Shown here piece by piece: positions 1 through 13,861 of a DNA stretch of 64,000 nucleotides. The notes beneath the pieces were generated by a model, which saw nothing but the letters and a program-made list of their open reading frames with translations, was not told the DNA's origin and made no database searches. This DNA comes from Lama guanicoe (taxonomy: Eukaryota), in assembly GCA_013239625.1 (NCBI GenBank), contig MU054220.1, forward strand, positions 2,045,374-2,109,373. The letters run 5' to 3'. Position 1 is the first letter of the stretch; each line of letters opens with the position of its first letter. Made by a program: the position numbers and the translations under genes.

Positions 1-1071
1 CAAAAAAAAAAAATTCAAAAACCCAGATCTCTCTTCCCAGAAGCACATGGTCAGTTTTCTTTCACAATGATGACCTATCAAATCCCAACCCCAAAATTCC
101 TTGTCCTCTTCAATTTCCACTGAACACACTACTCCTCTTCACCAGGACGGGAAATCACTTATGTCCTCCCACAGGTTGTCCCACTGGCCTCTCTTTTTGT
201 ACTTAACTTGGAATCAGTAGCCAGTCCCTCATCACTATTCTCACCACTGCTCCTGAATTATAAAAGCTTCAGGAGTAGAAGGACTTTAAGGTCATTTCAT
301 TCAACTCTCATCATTTCACAGGTACAGAAATTGAAGTCATTCCTCATTGTTTTCACTCTTGATTCAGTGATGGAAAGTCCTGGGGCTTGCACAAAGGCAT
401 CTCTAAAGTTCTCCATATTTCCATCTATAACCACATTACCAAAGTTTTTCTGCATACAAAGCAAGCAAAATAAATCATGATAACAACTGAATTATTTTCA
501 AATATTTTTTCATACTCCTTGGATGGCCTTAAATTTTTAAAAAGGATAATCAAATGACATTATCCAGGCTTCTTTTATCCCACTGATAGTCCTTTGAGGC
601 CTCTGATACCAATCACACTTCAGGAACAACTACAGATAAATAGTTTTTGTCCTATAGTAAGTGCTAATAAGTATAATGAAGTATTAGATTTCTTTAATAT
701 AATGCTTGGCTGGAAGATAATATAAATACTGATAATCAGATTACTGAATTATACTGAACCCTCAACTCGAAGACAACCAGATGAGGCAAATTATTACATG
801 CCTCTATGACAAAAGGCGGAAAAAGAGAGTATTCTAGGAAAAGTAAAAAAGGAGGATATTTTAGGAGAAAAAATGGCAAAGCTCAACAGTATTGGAAACT
901 TGGAGAACCAAAACATAATCATATCAAATGGATTTAAAAGAACTGGTTGAATAAAATAAAATTCTTCCCAAGAATAGAGGGGGAAAGGGGTAAATTGGGA
1001 CAGAGTGGGAACAATTCCTCTCAATGTATGCCTTATTATATATCTTTTGAACCTGAGAATGTGTAACCTAG

Positions 1072-1103
<32 letters not shown>

Positions 1104-1109
1104 CATATA
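1072..1109. repeat. (CT)n(AT)n compound microsatellite
   Basis: TCTCTCTC...TATATATATATACATATA. Confidence 0.9.
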
Positions 1110-1689
1110 GCAATAAGCATATATTCATACTGTGTATGTACACATATTCTAAAAAGATTTCAGGGTGAGACAATGTGGATTCTTATAACTGATATAGTAG
1201 TATTAATAAAGCGTTTATACAATAGGACTTTGATTTCCTCGGAGATGAGAAAAGGCTAAACTAAAAGGAACTAAACACATTTATAGATGAAAGGCTTCAA
1301 AATTAAACCAATATACCCCTCGTATTTTTAGGGTTTTTCCTTTCTCATTTTTCTTTCCTTTTTTATTTACTCATTATATTTTTCAAAATTTAATGTAGTA
1401 TTTTGTTTCAGCATTAGAAATATTTCTTTATGCAAATGTTGCCAAGTATAAAAATATAACCCTAGAATTTTCCGTTTTCCCTACCCAAATCACTTTGCCA
1501 TCTCCCTAAGGAGATATATTCTCTTTGATTCCTTGCCTAATTTTTCCAATCCACAGTGATCTCCTTTTCTTCCTGAACTCCTATTACTTATTACATAGCA
1601 TTTGGTTTCATACTGACTCAAAGTGTTCTGCTTATTTATCTGTTAATATCCTCAACTAAATTACAATAGAGTTGAAGATATTACTTTAT

Positions 1690-2350
1690 TTGTTTAATAA
1701 TTATTCAATACCTAAGAGCATGGTCCTTGTCCTTGAGAAGCTTATTTACCATCTATTAGAGAAGCAGACATACAAATTAACAATACAGTATGATAACTGT
1801 TACAAAGGAGGTTTACAAAAATTGTAAAAAGAGAGTACCATTGTCTGTCTGGGAGAAAGCATTTCAAAGGATGTGAAAGAATTTTCCAGGTGAACAAGTG
1901 GAGGGGAGATATTTAATACAGACATATCAGCACATGCAGAAGAATCAAGATGTGAAAAGCATGGTAGATCTGGAAAGCTACAAATAGTTCAGTATTGCTA
2001 AGAGATAAGACTGGACAGCATCATCATCATAAAGGGTCTTATAAAGAGCACAGATTGCAGAAAACCACTGAAGGATTTTGAGCAGCTAGTGACAATCAGA
2101 TCACTATTTCTGGAAAATCACTCTGGCAGCACTGTGGAAGGACTGGAGGGAAAAAAATTAGAGGTACAGATACAAGTAGAACAGCTGTTAAAATAGCCTA
2201 GGGCAGAAACATTAAAGGCCTGAATTAGGAAGGTAGCAATGGGAATGACAGATCAAAACAAAAGAGGAAGAATCAATGGAAGTTGGTAATCAGTTGGATA
2301 TGAGAGGTAAAGGATGGGAAGGAATTTAGGATGATTTCTTGGCTCTTTTC
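1690..2350 (-). mobile_element. L2 LINE fragment
   Basis: Degenerate L2 motifs (ACCACTGAAGGATTTTGAGCAG, AAATCACTCTGGCAGC, TTGGTAATCAGTTGGATATG). Confidence 0.65.
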
Positions 2351-2797
2351 TTGGGCATTTGGGAATATGATGGTTCCATTCACTAAGACCAAAATACAGG
2401 AGGAGAAGTGTGTATTATATCCCTTATGTATCTTTTGCAGTATCAAGCATAGTGCTGAGCACACACATAGTCAGCTCATTCTGTTGGCCAACTGGCTGCC
2501 TTGAAAAAAAGACCACAGAACCTTCTGCCTAATGACCTCAATTGGTTACTCTCCTAAATTTGACATCAATCATTATGCCTTGATAGGATTCTTGGACGCA
2601 GGATAACTAAAGTGGACTAATTCTATGTATCTGCCTGAAAGTATAAATGAAGGGATCAAACTAATGTACCAATCTGAATGCTCGTTGACGTATCCACTGA
2701 TCTAGGGTAGGACATGCAAGGATAGGATAGAGTGTTTCCAGACACAATCCTAGCATCTGAAGAGATGTACTGTTATCTTTAATGCTGGACCATTGTT

Positions 2798-2942
2798 ATT
2801 TTATTTTAGTTTGGTTTTTTCTTTGGTTTTGGTAGGGGCTAGATAATTAGGTTTATTTATTTATAGAGGAGGTACTGGGGATTGAAACCAGGATCTCATG
2901 CATGCTAAGCACGTACTCTACCACGGAGCTATACCCTCCCCC
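2798..2942 (-). mobile_element. tRNA-derived SINE, Vic-1-like (camelid)
   Basis: Reverse strand GGGGAGGGTATAGCTCCGTGGTAGAGTACGTGCTTAGCATGCATGAGATCCTGGTTTCAATCCCCAGTACCTCC with A/B boxes, an AT-rich tail, and flanking repeats CTGGACCA(T/C)TGTT. Confidence 0.85.
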
Positions 2943-5579
2943 TGGACCACTGTTGTAAACAGGGTAAGGTCTTAACGACTTTCGTAACTTGAACAATAAT
3001 ATTCGTAATGCCCCTGAAAGTTTACTAAATACTTTCACATACATTATCTCATTGAACCTTGCAACAAACCTAGGAGTCAGATAAGGCTGGGATTATTATC
3101 TCAATTTTACAAATGAGGAAATTGCCCAAGGTCATACAGTTTATAAATGGTAGAGCAAAAACTTGAACTTTAATCTCATAAGTTTAATGAGATTAAATCT
3201 CATATTTTCCACTGAATCATAGAGGGATAATTCTTAGAAATATTCTTAGAGATACTCAGAAAGTTTAAAACAACCATGATTAATTTAATACTAATTAATT
3301 ATATGAACATAAATTACCATGATTGCAAAACAGACCACAAATCAATGTCTTGGTATTTCATAGAACTTGCATAAAAGCTTTTAAAAACTAATTTTTCCAC
3401 TTACCAGCTGAGGAAGCATTGTTAAATTTTAGAACTGATGACAAGACTATTTCCTTTGATCCTGCATTTTGCACTAGAGAAGAAAATGAACAAATGAGGG
3501 GCAGCACATGAAGTAAGAGGTAGCAAATGGGAAGCAGAACCTCCCTTTAATGGCCTCTTTTCTTTGGACAACCTAGGTCAGATCCTATCCAGTTCTACCT
3601 GGTGGTGGTATAAGACATTTCTGCAATTGCTACCAGTAATCTCTTAGCAGAAAGTTATGCTGCTCAAATAATCCAACTCTTTTTTAAGGAAAGGGGAACT
3701 GACAAACAGTGAATTGATCCCAGGCCTGAATTGCCATCCCACAGAGAGGTACCCAGGCTCAACAGCCTAAGCAAGAGAGTCTTGTTATGAGACCAGGTTT
3801 CTAGTCCTTGTCTTACAGATGGCTCCTTGAGGCACTATGCAACATATTTAAACCCTTGCCCCCAACTCAATTTCCTCATTAGATTATGGGGGGAAAGGAC
3901 ACTTTGACTCTCCAGAACTATTTGGAAGTCTGATTAAGCATAAGTGAACATTTTGCTTTTATAATATTTAATATAAATAGATCCAGAGAATGAAATTACT
4001 GTATTCTCTTCTACTTCTCTGAATTTATATTTTGTCTTTACAAAATAAAATGACTCAGTTGAGAGCCTCATTATTGGACCTAGTTTTAAGGAAAAGGTTA
4101 AACTGAGGAGAAAGATATGAATGGTACTAGAGGGAGAAGGAAAAGATCAAAGAAACTTTATTTTCAGTTTCATTTTCTTGAGATTATAAAAGCATAGAGC
4201 TAATAGCAACCTTATTAGGTCGTCTAGTTTAATACTTTTTTTTAAATTAGGAAATCAATATTGTCATTGCATTTTAAAACATTACTTAAATACAGAATTG
4301 CTTTATCTTAAAATAGAATGTGTATATCTCTGTGGTCCCTTCTCATCTTCACCAGAATCCATAGGTTTATATTGGAGTTCCACTTTTCTTTGGTTTATTT
4401 CTACATGTTTTTTCACATATATATATTTAGTGATATAATATTCCACTGTATTAATCTATCTCAGTTTGCTTCTGGATTATTCCAGGTTTTATTAAAGATA
4501 TTGTGGCTATAAACATTTTTATACAATTTCTTTTCTTTTTTGAACTACTTCCTTAAGATATATTCCCAGAAGTAGGGCTTTAGGATCCAAAGATAAAAGT
4601 CATTTTTATGGCTCTTGTTATATATTGTCAAATTGCTCATAGAGACTATATACCACCTTCAAGAAAAGGAGGACACTAATTTCTTTGCAGACATTTCAAT
4701 ATAAAGCTTTTTGTTTTAACTAACTCTAAAATATCTTAATTTGCAAAGCTGAAATTATCGGTGAACCTGAATATTTAGTTAGGTTATCTTTCCTCTTATG
4801 TGGGCTTTATAATTTAGTTGTAAAAGCAACACGTGAACAATATAGAAGGGTATAAACTAAAAAGTGAGGCTTCCTCGTTTGTAATCACTCTCTTAATTCA
4901 ATTTTTCAGAGTAACACTGTCAACAGATTGTTCTACATCTTTCCAGAACTTTTTCTATGTGTGATCATCCATATACTTGCAAATGTTTGTTAATTTGGTT
5001 TTTTTACAAAATGTAACCACATTCTACATATTCTGTAACTTTTTTTGTCACTTAGTACTTAACATACATCCTTCCACATCAATTTATCTAACTCAGTCTT
5101 TTCAATGGCTCCATGGTAATACCTATTATAAAAATAACATTATTTATTAACCATTTGCTTACTGATGGGCATGCAGATTGACTCTGATTTTTCTCTTAAT
5201 GAATTTAAAGTATTTTAATATTTTAATTCAACTAGAATTCACTGCACCATATGGTATGAAGTGTGAATCTAAATTTATTTCTTCCAGATTCCTTCCAATT
5301 ACCTCAACTAATGAATTTTTCACATTATTTTGTTACATTGAGTTTGTCACAAATTAAATGGATATGTACTCTGACATCTATTTCTGGGAACTCAGTTCTA
5401 CTTCACTTGCTTATTTTTAGGTTAAAAACTAACATAATTTTTAAAAACTTTCTATTTAAGTATAGTAGTATACAGAAAAGTATGGATTTAAGTATAGTAA
5501 TACACAGAAAAGTATGAATTTGCATTTATAATCAGCACTGTAGACAACGTCTTAGAGCCTCCTTCTAGCTTTAAGTACC

Positions 5580-5950
5580 CCAAGGGTAAATATATATATT
5601 GGTTTTTCCTGTTTTCAAGATATGAAATCATGTAGTTTTTTGTGTCTGGTTTCTTTCATTCAACATTAAACTTCTTAGGTTCATCCATACAGCTATGAGC
5701 AGTTGCTCATTAATTCTCACTGCAGCGTTAATATTCCGTTATTGAACATGCCACGATTTATTTATCAATTTCCTTGCTGACAGCAGTTTTTTCAGTTTCC
5801 AGTTTGGGCCTATTATGAATGAAGTCACTATGTGCACTCTAGCATAAGTATTTTAGTAAATTTATGCCTGCATTTCAGTTAGTTCTATGCCTAGAAGTAA
5901 ATGACCGAGCCATAGGGTATGAGTATATTCAGCTTTAGTATATACTGCCA
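5580..5950 (-). mobile_element. old L1 3' fragment
   Basis: Reverse-strand L1M-type motifs (TGTCTGGTTTCTTTCATTCAACAT, GTTTCCAGTTTGGG). Confidence 0.65.
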
Positions 5951-5954
5951 AAGA

Positions 5955-6135
5955 GCTTCTCTGGTTTGCAGATGGCAGCCTTCTTGCTGCATCCTCATGT
6001 GGTGAAAAAACAGATTATCTCTTTTGTGTCTCTTCTTAAAATCTCATGATGAGGGCTCCACCCTCATGACCTAATTACTTCCCAAAGGCCCCACCTCCAA
6101 ATACCATCACATTGGGGATTAGAGCTTCTACATAG
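5955..6135 (-). mobile_element. MaLR LTR fragment between L1 fragments
   Basis: GGGCTCCACCCTCATGACCTAATTACTTCCCAAAGGCCCCACCTCCAAATACCATCACATTGGGG is typical MLT1/MST sequence. Confidence 0.75.
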
Positions 6136-7642
6136 GAACAGGGCATAAGGAAACTTTCAGGTGATGAAAATGTTACATATCATAACTGAGGTGACGATTA
6201 CATGGCTGTATACATACATCAAAGCTTATTAAATTTTACCCTTGTAATTGGTGATTTTTATTTATGTAAATTATACATTCATAAAGCCAACAAAAGAAAA
6301 AAAGATGACCGTTTTTTCTGAGTTAATGACAAACTTTGTAATTTATGAACTATTTCTTTCTGAAAGCTAAAAAAAATCACCAATTTGTTTGCATACTTTA
6401 ATTTTTATTATTTAATTCTATTTTATATTTTCTTTGGTTTGCTACTTTGCTCCTTTTCTATATCCTTTAAGTATAAATGTAATTATCCTTTTATTTCTTA
6501 TTAATTTAAATATTTATAACAATTTTTTTCTAAGTATTGCTTTGGCAAATGCCTATAGATTTTAATTGTGCTCGGGTTAAAAAATAGTTTATTGTTACTT
6601 CTCAAATAAAGCTCTGCCACACTCACCCACTTCAGCCAGGTCTTGGCTTACATCACAGACAATTTGTTGCAGCTCCCCACCAGGTGCAAAGCCTCGGACT
6701 TCTTCTAATGCCAGGCCTGGGCTGGGCCCACGAGGCAGCTCTCTGCCCAAGGGAGGACTCTGGCTTTCTGGAGACCCAGGCCCAGGCCAAAAGCAGTGAG
6801 CATTCCAGGAGCCAGGATGGCACAGCACCCAACCCTACCACCCTCAGGGTATATCCTAGGGCCTTGCTGATACTGTTTTCTATTGACTCCCCACCTATTT
6901 CTACTTAACCATCATTTAAGAGCACCTAGGGTCAAAAACAAACAAACAAACAAGAAACAATTAACCCAGTTGTAAAGGAAAGTCATTTTTAAAATACCCT
7001 TGTGATTAGGTACTTTTAAATTATACTTTCCTTATCTCTAATTTTATTGCATTGTAGCTTGAGGATGTTATATATAATTTCTGCCTTTTATTAACCAAAA
7101 ACTTCTTTGTCCTGTGTATATGATAAATGTTCACAAAAGATCCATATATCTTTAATTCTCAAAATTTTCCATTTAGTCTTTTCCTAAATGTTTTAATTTT
7201 ATCTTAGTGTTTATAATGTCAGATTTATCAAAAAGAGATACTAATTATACTTTCTTCCAAAATGAAGACAAATAAAATAATATACCTAAATGTACTTTGT
7301 AAATAATAAAGCACTGCACAGTATCAGTTATTTATGTTTTGATGACAGTTTAATTCATTTAAATTTAACATAGTATTTGTTTAATTTATGCTTCATTTAC
7401 TTATTCATTCAAACATTGTATGGAAAATCTAGTACACGCTAGGCACTGGGAAAAATGAAAACAAACAGAACCATTTTTTTTGGTCCATCAGGAGACTAAT
7501 AAGCAAACTGAGAACTACAGTATAGTAAAAACTATAGTAAAGGTGTACCTTTAAGATGGAAACCTAGTCCAAACAGAAATAACCAAAAAAAGTCTATTTG
7601 GAAGAGGAGAGAGTTGAAGCAAACCCTGAACAAGTAGGAACC

Positions 7643-9146
7643 CATCCTAATATTCATATAGAATCTCAAGGGACCCTGAATAACCAAAATAATCTTGAAA
7701 AAGAACAAAGATGGAGGACTCATCCTTCCAAATTTCAAAAGTTACTACAAAGTTACAGGAATCAAAACAGTGTGGTACTGGCATTAAGATAGACCAAAAA
7801 AACCAAAAAACAAAAAACAAAAAACCAAAAAACACCAATGGAATAGAACAGAGAGCCTAGAAATAAACCCTCATATATATGTCAAAGGATTTTTGACAAA
7901 GTTGCCAAGACTATTCAACAGGGAAGGGCAGTCTTTTCAACAAGTGGTGATGGGAAAGGGGATCCAAATACAAAATGAACTCAAAATGGATCAAAGACCT
8001 ACATGTAAAAGCTAAAACTATAAAACTGTTAGGATAAAAAAATAGGTATAAAGCTTTCTGACTTTGGTTTAGATAACAGTTTCTTAGACATAACACTTCA
8101 GCATAAGCAACCAAAGGAAAAAAATAAAGAAATTAAACTTCATAAAAATTTAAAACTTTTGTGCTCCAAAAAACACTATCAAGAAAGTGAAAAGAAAACA
8201 CACATAATGGAAAAAAATATTTGCAAATCATGTATCTGATAAGAGTCTAGTATCCAGAATATGTAAAGAACTGTTACAATTCAACCCAACTGAAATAAAA
8301 AGACAACCCAACTGAAAACAGGCAAAGCATTTGCATAGACATTTCTCAAAAGAAGACATACCAATGGCCAATAAACCCATGAAAAGATGCTCAGTATCAT
8401 TAGTCATTAGGGAAATACAAACAAAACCTCAATGAAATGTCACTGTACACCTCCTGGAATAGCTAAAATAAAAAGGACAAATAATAACAAATTTTGGAAG
8501 TGATGTGGAGAAACTGGAATCCTTACACACTGCTAGTGGGTAAAATGGTGTGGCCACTTTGGAAAACAGTTTGGCAGTTCCTCAAAAAGCTAAATATAAA
8601 GACCCAGCAGTTCCACTCCTAGGTATATACCCAAAAGGAATTTAAATAGGTGTTCAAACAAAAACTTGTACACAGCTATTCATAGCAGCCTTATTCACAG
8701 TATCCAAAAAGTGGAAACAATCCAAATGCCCATCAATTGATGAATGAGTAAACAAAGTGGGTATATCCATATAACCAAATACTATTTAGCCATGAAAAGG
8801 AATGAAGTACTAATACATACTGCAACATGGGTGAACCATAAAGGCATCTAAGTGAAAGAAACCAGACACAAAAGATCACATAGGATATGATACAACTGTT
8901 TATATGAAATGTCCAGAACAGGCAAATCCAGACAGTCAGAAAATAGATCAGTGTTTGCCAAGAGTTGGGGATACGGGAAAATGAAGGATGACTACCAATT
9001 GGTATCGGTTTTTGTTTTGGGATGATGAAAATGTTCTGGAATTAGATTATGGTGGTGGTTGCACAATCTTATAAATAGACTGAAACACACTGAATTGTAT
9101 AATTTAAAAGGGTAAATTTTAGGTTATGTTAATTATATCTCAAAAA
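7643..9146 (+). mobile_element. LINE-1 5'-truncated (ORF2 C-terminal remnant plus 3' UTR), L1MA/MB-like
   Basis: Typical L1 ORF2 motifs (AAAACAGTGTGGTACTGGCAT, GCAAATCATGTATCTGATAAG, CAGCAGTTCCACTCCTAGGTATATACCC) with stops and frameshifts. Confidence 0.9.
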
Positions 9147-9403
9147 GGAAGGCACACTCATAAAAACAAAGAGTTAAAGAGGGTAGAAGATAAGAGATGT
9201 CAAGAAAATTTTGAAAGATGGAAACGGACAAACAAGTAATAACTATTGTAGTAGACTAAAAGAAGCTAAAACTTAAGTGGCTGTATTAAAAGAAAGATAA
9301 CAAGAAGTAAGCCCACCCTCTTACATAATAGCAGAAAGGCTTAGGAACTATACAAGAACCTCTGATGGCATGGGTATAAATAAAAGTAAAAACAGAAAGT
9401 TGG

Positions 9404-9785
9404 TGTTATGGACTGTACGGTGCATGCCCCAAAATTCATATGTTGAAGCACTAACCCACAGTGTGGCTGTATTTGGAGCAAAAAGTAATTAAGGATAAAT
9501 GAGTTCAAAAGGGTGGGGCCCAGAGCCAAAAGGATCAGTGTCTTTATAAGAAGAGATACTAGAGAGCTCCCCTACATAACATGTACAAACCGAGAAAAGC
9601 CAAGTGAGCACACGGATAGAAGGAGACTATCTACAAGTCAGGAAGAAAGTCATTACCAAAAACCAAGCCCTGCTAGACCTTGATCTTGACTTTGCAGCCT
9701 CCAGTACTGTGAGAAAATTAATTTCTGTTGTTTAAGTCATACAACTTGTGATCTTTCATTGTGGCAGCCTAAGTTAACTAATATA
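9404..9785 (+). mobile_element. MaLR solo LTR (MLT1A/MST-like)
   Basis: TGTTATGGACTG...CCCCCAAAATTCATATGTTGAAG...GCAGCCTAAGTTAACTAATATA; 5-bp TSD GTTGG on both sides. Confidence 0.85.
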
Positions 9786-10199
9786 GTTGGGTGAAAAACC
9801 TACATAAGAAGCAGTTATATTTCTAGATCCTGTCCCCAACCTTACATAGCAAAGTTACTATCCTTCCTTCACTCAAATATTGATATTAAAGGTTTATTCT
9901 CTACTAAGAGGCTGAATCACTAGGACTTTGAACATGGGCACATCAAGAACAGCTGAAGATAGAGATTCTCAGATGATTACATTAAAGTCTACCTACTGAT
10001 CTGTAAGACCCTCCCCTGCTCAGCACTTAAACAGATATCCAAGAAGCACCAGAAGCTTTAGGAAAGCTTTTTTAATGAAAAACACATCAAAAATAACAAA
10101 CAGAAATAAAGAAACTCAGAAGAAAAAGAAAACTCAGGAGACTTACACATAAGCAAAAAACCAAACCAAACCAAAACACAAAACAACAAAACAAGAAAA

Positions 10200-11530
10200 G
10201 AAACACCACAATTAATATTCTCAGAAAGGCAAGATAAAATCTTGTATTCATGAACTCAGAAATAAAAATAAGTGAGTAGAAATTTAAAATATAATAGTAG
10301 ATATTTTTAGAACTCAACAGAATTGGAAAGGTCAAACATACTCACATAAAATACAACCAAAAAAATATGGCAAAGAAGAAAGGTAAGAAAATTAGAGCAT
10401 GAATCCATAAGGTCCAATAACTGAGTAAGAACAGTTCCAGAGATATACATGAGAAAATGTCAAATATACAATTCAAGAAAACTCAGAATTGTAGGATATA
10501 AACTTCCACACTGAAAGGGTCTCAAGACAATGAATGAAAGAAGATCCAAGCCAATGGACATCTTGAAGAAATATCACAAATCTGAACGGCATTCAAATTC
10601 TCAACAGCAATATGGAAATCTAAAAGATAAGAGAGAAATGCCTTTAAAATTCTAAGGGAAAATTATCTCCAACGTAGAATTTTATACCTACACCAACTAT
10701 GAATCAAGTGTAAAGGTAGTGGAAAGACATTTTCAGGGCCACAGGATGCTCTAAATTTTATTTTGCACACACCCTTTCTCAGAAAGCTACTGGAGGATGC
10801 AACCTAACAAAAGCAAGGCATACGTAAGGAAAAAGGAAAACAGAGGCTTCAGGAAATATGGAGTATAACTTGAAGCAAGTAATATCCATGATAGGGATAA
10901 AGGATTTAGAGAGCAACCAGGCCAGATTGGAGCAGGAGGACCAATCAGGTGAGGGAGTACTCCAGGAGAGTTATCTTGAAGAAAATAAACTGAAATTTAG
11001 AGAATACCTGATGTTCCTGCATGAACTAAGAGGAGACAACCCTTTGATTGGAAAGTTTGGGAAGAAATTAGAGATAAGTTCATAGGAAACCAACCAAAGA
11101 CAAGGTAATGATTAACTCCAGAAAAGAAAAAAAGAACTATTAAAAAAGGGAAATGTAATCATAGTATACAGACAAGACTAATGTATACATACCCTTTCTT
11201 AGTGATAACAAACACTGAATATTGACTTAACCAAAAATCCTAATTTTATTGGAAGGAAGGGAAGTTAAATGGTATAAAAGCACTAAATCCATCATAAGAA
11301 GTCATTTGATAACATCTAAAACTGAAAAACCAAGAAGAGCAGTGTAAGCATGTTATTTAAAAATATGCAGCAGAATATCAACAGACATACTGAAAAAATT
11401 TGTAAGTAGTTTCTTCTGAGGAGTTGGATTTGGAGGTGAGAAGTTTGTGGGTTATGGTACTGCTGTGTTTTATTAAAACTTTTATAAATCTATTTGATGG
11501 ATAAAATTCTGTAGCTAATAAAAATAAATA
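10200..11530 (+). mobile_element. ancient L1 ORF1-like/HAL1 remnant
   Basis: A-rich strand with ORF1-like motif TTCTCAACAGCAA...GCCTTTAAAATTCTAAGGGAAAAT...AGAATTTTATACC. Confidence 0.55.
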
Positions 11531-12024
11531 TTAAATTAAAATTTTTTGTTCTGTTTGGATTCCCTCTCTTTACCCATTATTTGCAACATCTTGTTTTCCT
11601 AGAACAGTTTTTCAATTGTTTCATCTAATTATTACTTTGTAATATTTTTGTATTTTCTTCTTTTACAATTTACATAGTCAACTTTGTTCCTGTTAATATT
11701 CTTTGTTGCTTCTTTTTTTCAAAGAATTTATGTATCCTTACTTCAAATATCTTAATGCTGTTCAGAATTTTTGTACTTGTCTCTAGTTGAGCTATTTTCT
11801 TTCCCACAGCAAGTAATATAAATTTTCTTTGTTCTCTTATAACTTTCACTTTTGTTTCCCTAACTCCAAGGAGATAACCTTGAATCTTATTTCAAAGACA
11901 AAGACGAGGTGGTCAGGTAAAGAACATCAACCTTCAGCTCCATTTCTAAGTAAGCTCCTTCACTGTCCTTACTATCTGTCTCTGCTGTTCAAATACACTT
12001 ACTTCTTGTACAGCCAGGATTTCT

Positions 12025-12560
12025 TTCTTTTTCTTTTTTATTGATACATAATTGACAAACGACATTATATTAGTTTCAGGTGTAAAACACAGCGATTCAT
12101 ATTGGGATATATTGTGAAACAATCACCACAGTAAATCTAGTTAACATCCAGCATCACCACACACAGTTACAATTTGTTTTCCTTTGTGATGAGAACTTTT
12201 AAGATCTACTGTCTTAGCAACTTTCAAATATACAATACAATATTATTAACTATACTCACCATGCTGTACAATAAATAAATCCCCATGATTCATTTATTGT
12301 ACAATTGGATCTGTACCTTTTTCCAACCTTCACCCATTTCACCTACCCTCCAACCCCCACCTCTGGCAGCCACCAATCTGTTCTCTGTATCTGAGTCCAG
12401 GGTTTTTTATGATATTAAATATTAAGTACATATTAGTGAAATCATATGGCATTTGTCTTTTTCTGTCTAACTTATTTCACTTGACATAATGTCCTCAAGG
12501 TCCACCTATGTTGTTGCAAATGGCAGGATTTCTTTCCTTTTTATTGCTAAATAATATCCT
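12025..12560 (-). mobile_element. L1 3' end (L1MA9-like) with poly(T) head
   Basis: TTTATTGATACATAATTGAC...TTTAAGATCTAC...TTATTTCACTTGACATAATGTCCTCAAGGTCCA. Confidence 0.85.
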
Positions 12561-12879
12561 TGTAGACTTGTTTTAAGACCATTTTGGGACTAGATTTCTC
12601 ACATGGAAATTCCTACTAACTGAGAAAAATCTTGCTTATAAATTGCTTTCAAATATAATAAAATGTTTGTCCACACTAAATGTAACAATAAAAGTGACAT
12701 TATATTATGTTTTATAAATACATAATTAAACCTTTACCCATATTTTAGGGTCAATAAATATTGTTTAGGTATCAAATATTTTCAAAGATCTCAAAACAGC
12801 TTACAGATTAGGCATAATGCCTATAGTGCCAAATGGATAAACATGGCCCTGATTCCCACCTCCGAAAACAATCTTGCAC

Positions 12880-13345
12880 CTCTGCTCTTGATCCAGGAAT
12901 TCCCTCCCACCTCTTTTGAGAAAGCATTCCATCATTTAATCATCCTGTTCTTCTCCTGGATCTCCCCTCCCTCCTATAATGGCTCCCTTTCCATCAGCCG
13001 ATAAACATACACATCTAAAAACTTAAAAACAACAATAAACTCTCCCTACTCTTGCTATCACCCCCTCTCCTCCTGCCCCAACCCACCAAGTTTCTGGAAA
13101 CAAATCTAGCCTACCTATTTTCTCAGTTCCCTCACCCTTCCCATTTACTCTTCAATCCAGGAAAATCTGGCATCCTGCCACACTACTCCACTGAAACTTC
13201 TCACCTAATGCCACTAGCAATCTCTTTTGCAGCTCCTATCATATTTGACCTCTCTGAGGCCACTGATATCACTGAACACTCCCTGCACCTTGAAACTCAT
13301 TCCTCCCCCGGTTTCTGTGCCACCACCTTTTCCTTGTTCTTCTAA
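12880..13345 (+). mobile_element. L2 LINE fragment
   Basis: CT-rich L2 motifs (ACTCCACTGAAACT, TTGACCTCTCTG, CCTTGAAACTC). Confidence 0.65.
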
Positions 13346-13861
13346 ATCTCTTACCAACTATTCTCAGCAGAGGAAGATAAATATCTTTATTGTAAAACTA
13401 GTTCTCTGGAGACAAGGTTTAGATTCCTATAATGGGTCTCTAACTCCCACTCAAAAATTTTTTATTTGGCAGCAAAGTAAGCCCCAACACCCAGCAACCA
13501 ACACAATAATAAAGAACTAAAACCCTAACATTACATGTGCTCACTAAAGTGTAGAAAGAGACCGATTCTGATTAGTTGGAAATGTTTACAAAGGACAAAG
13601 TGATGAGAAGTGACAGGAGACAAAGAGTTAAGAAAGAAAATAATAATAAAAAGGGAGCAACCAAGCTCAGTGGTAGCACAAGGCAGAAGAGTGGAGAGCA
13701 GAGATAAGGGATAAAATATCTAAGAGGTAGAGGAAGGCGAGGAAAAGTCAAACACCCATGGTACATCTGTGCTTTGCTTCTGAATAAGGGCAAGCAGCTA
13801 CCAACAATACAACCACCCTGAGTGGGAGAGACATCTCCCCTGCACATACAAGATATGGCAG

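Noticed and set aside
7598..8114. Short ORFs in the L1 region
   Set aside because: Frameshifted remnants or antisense frames of a dead L1 ORF2
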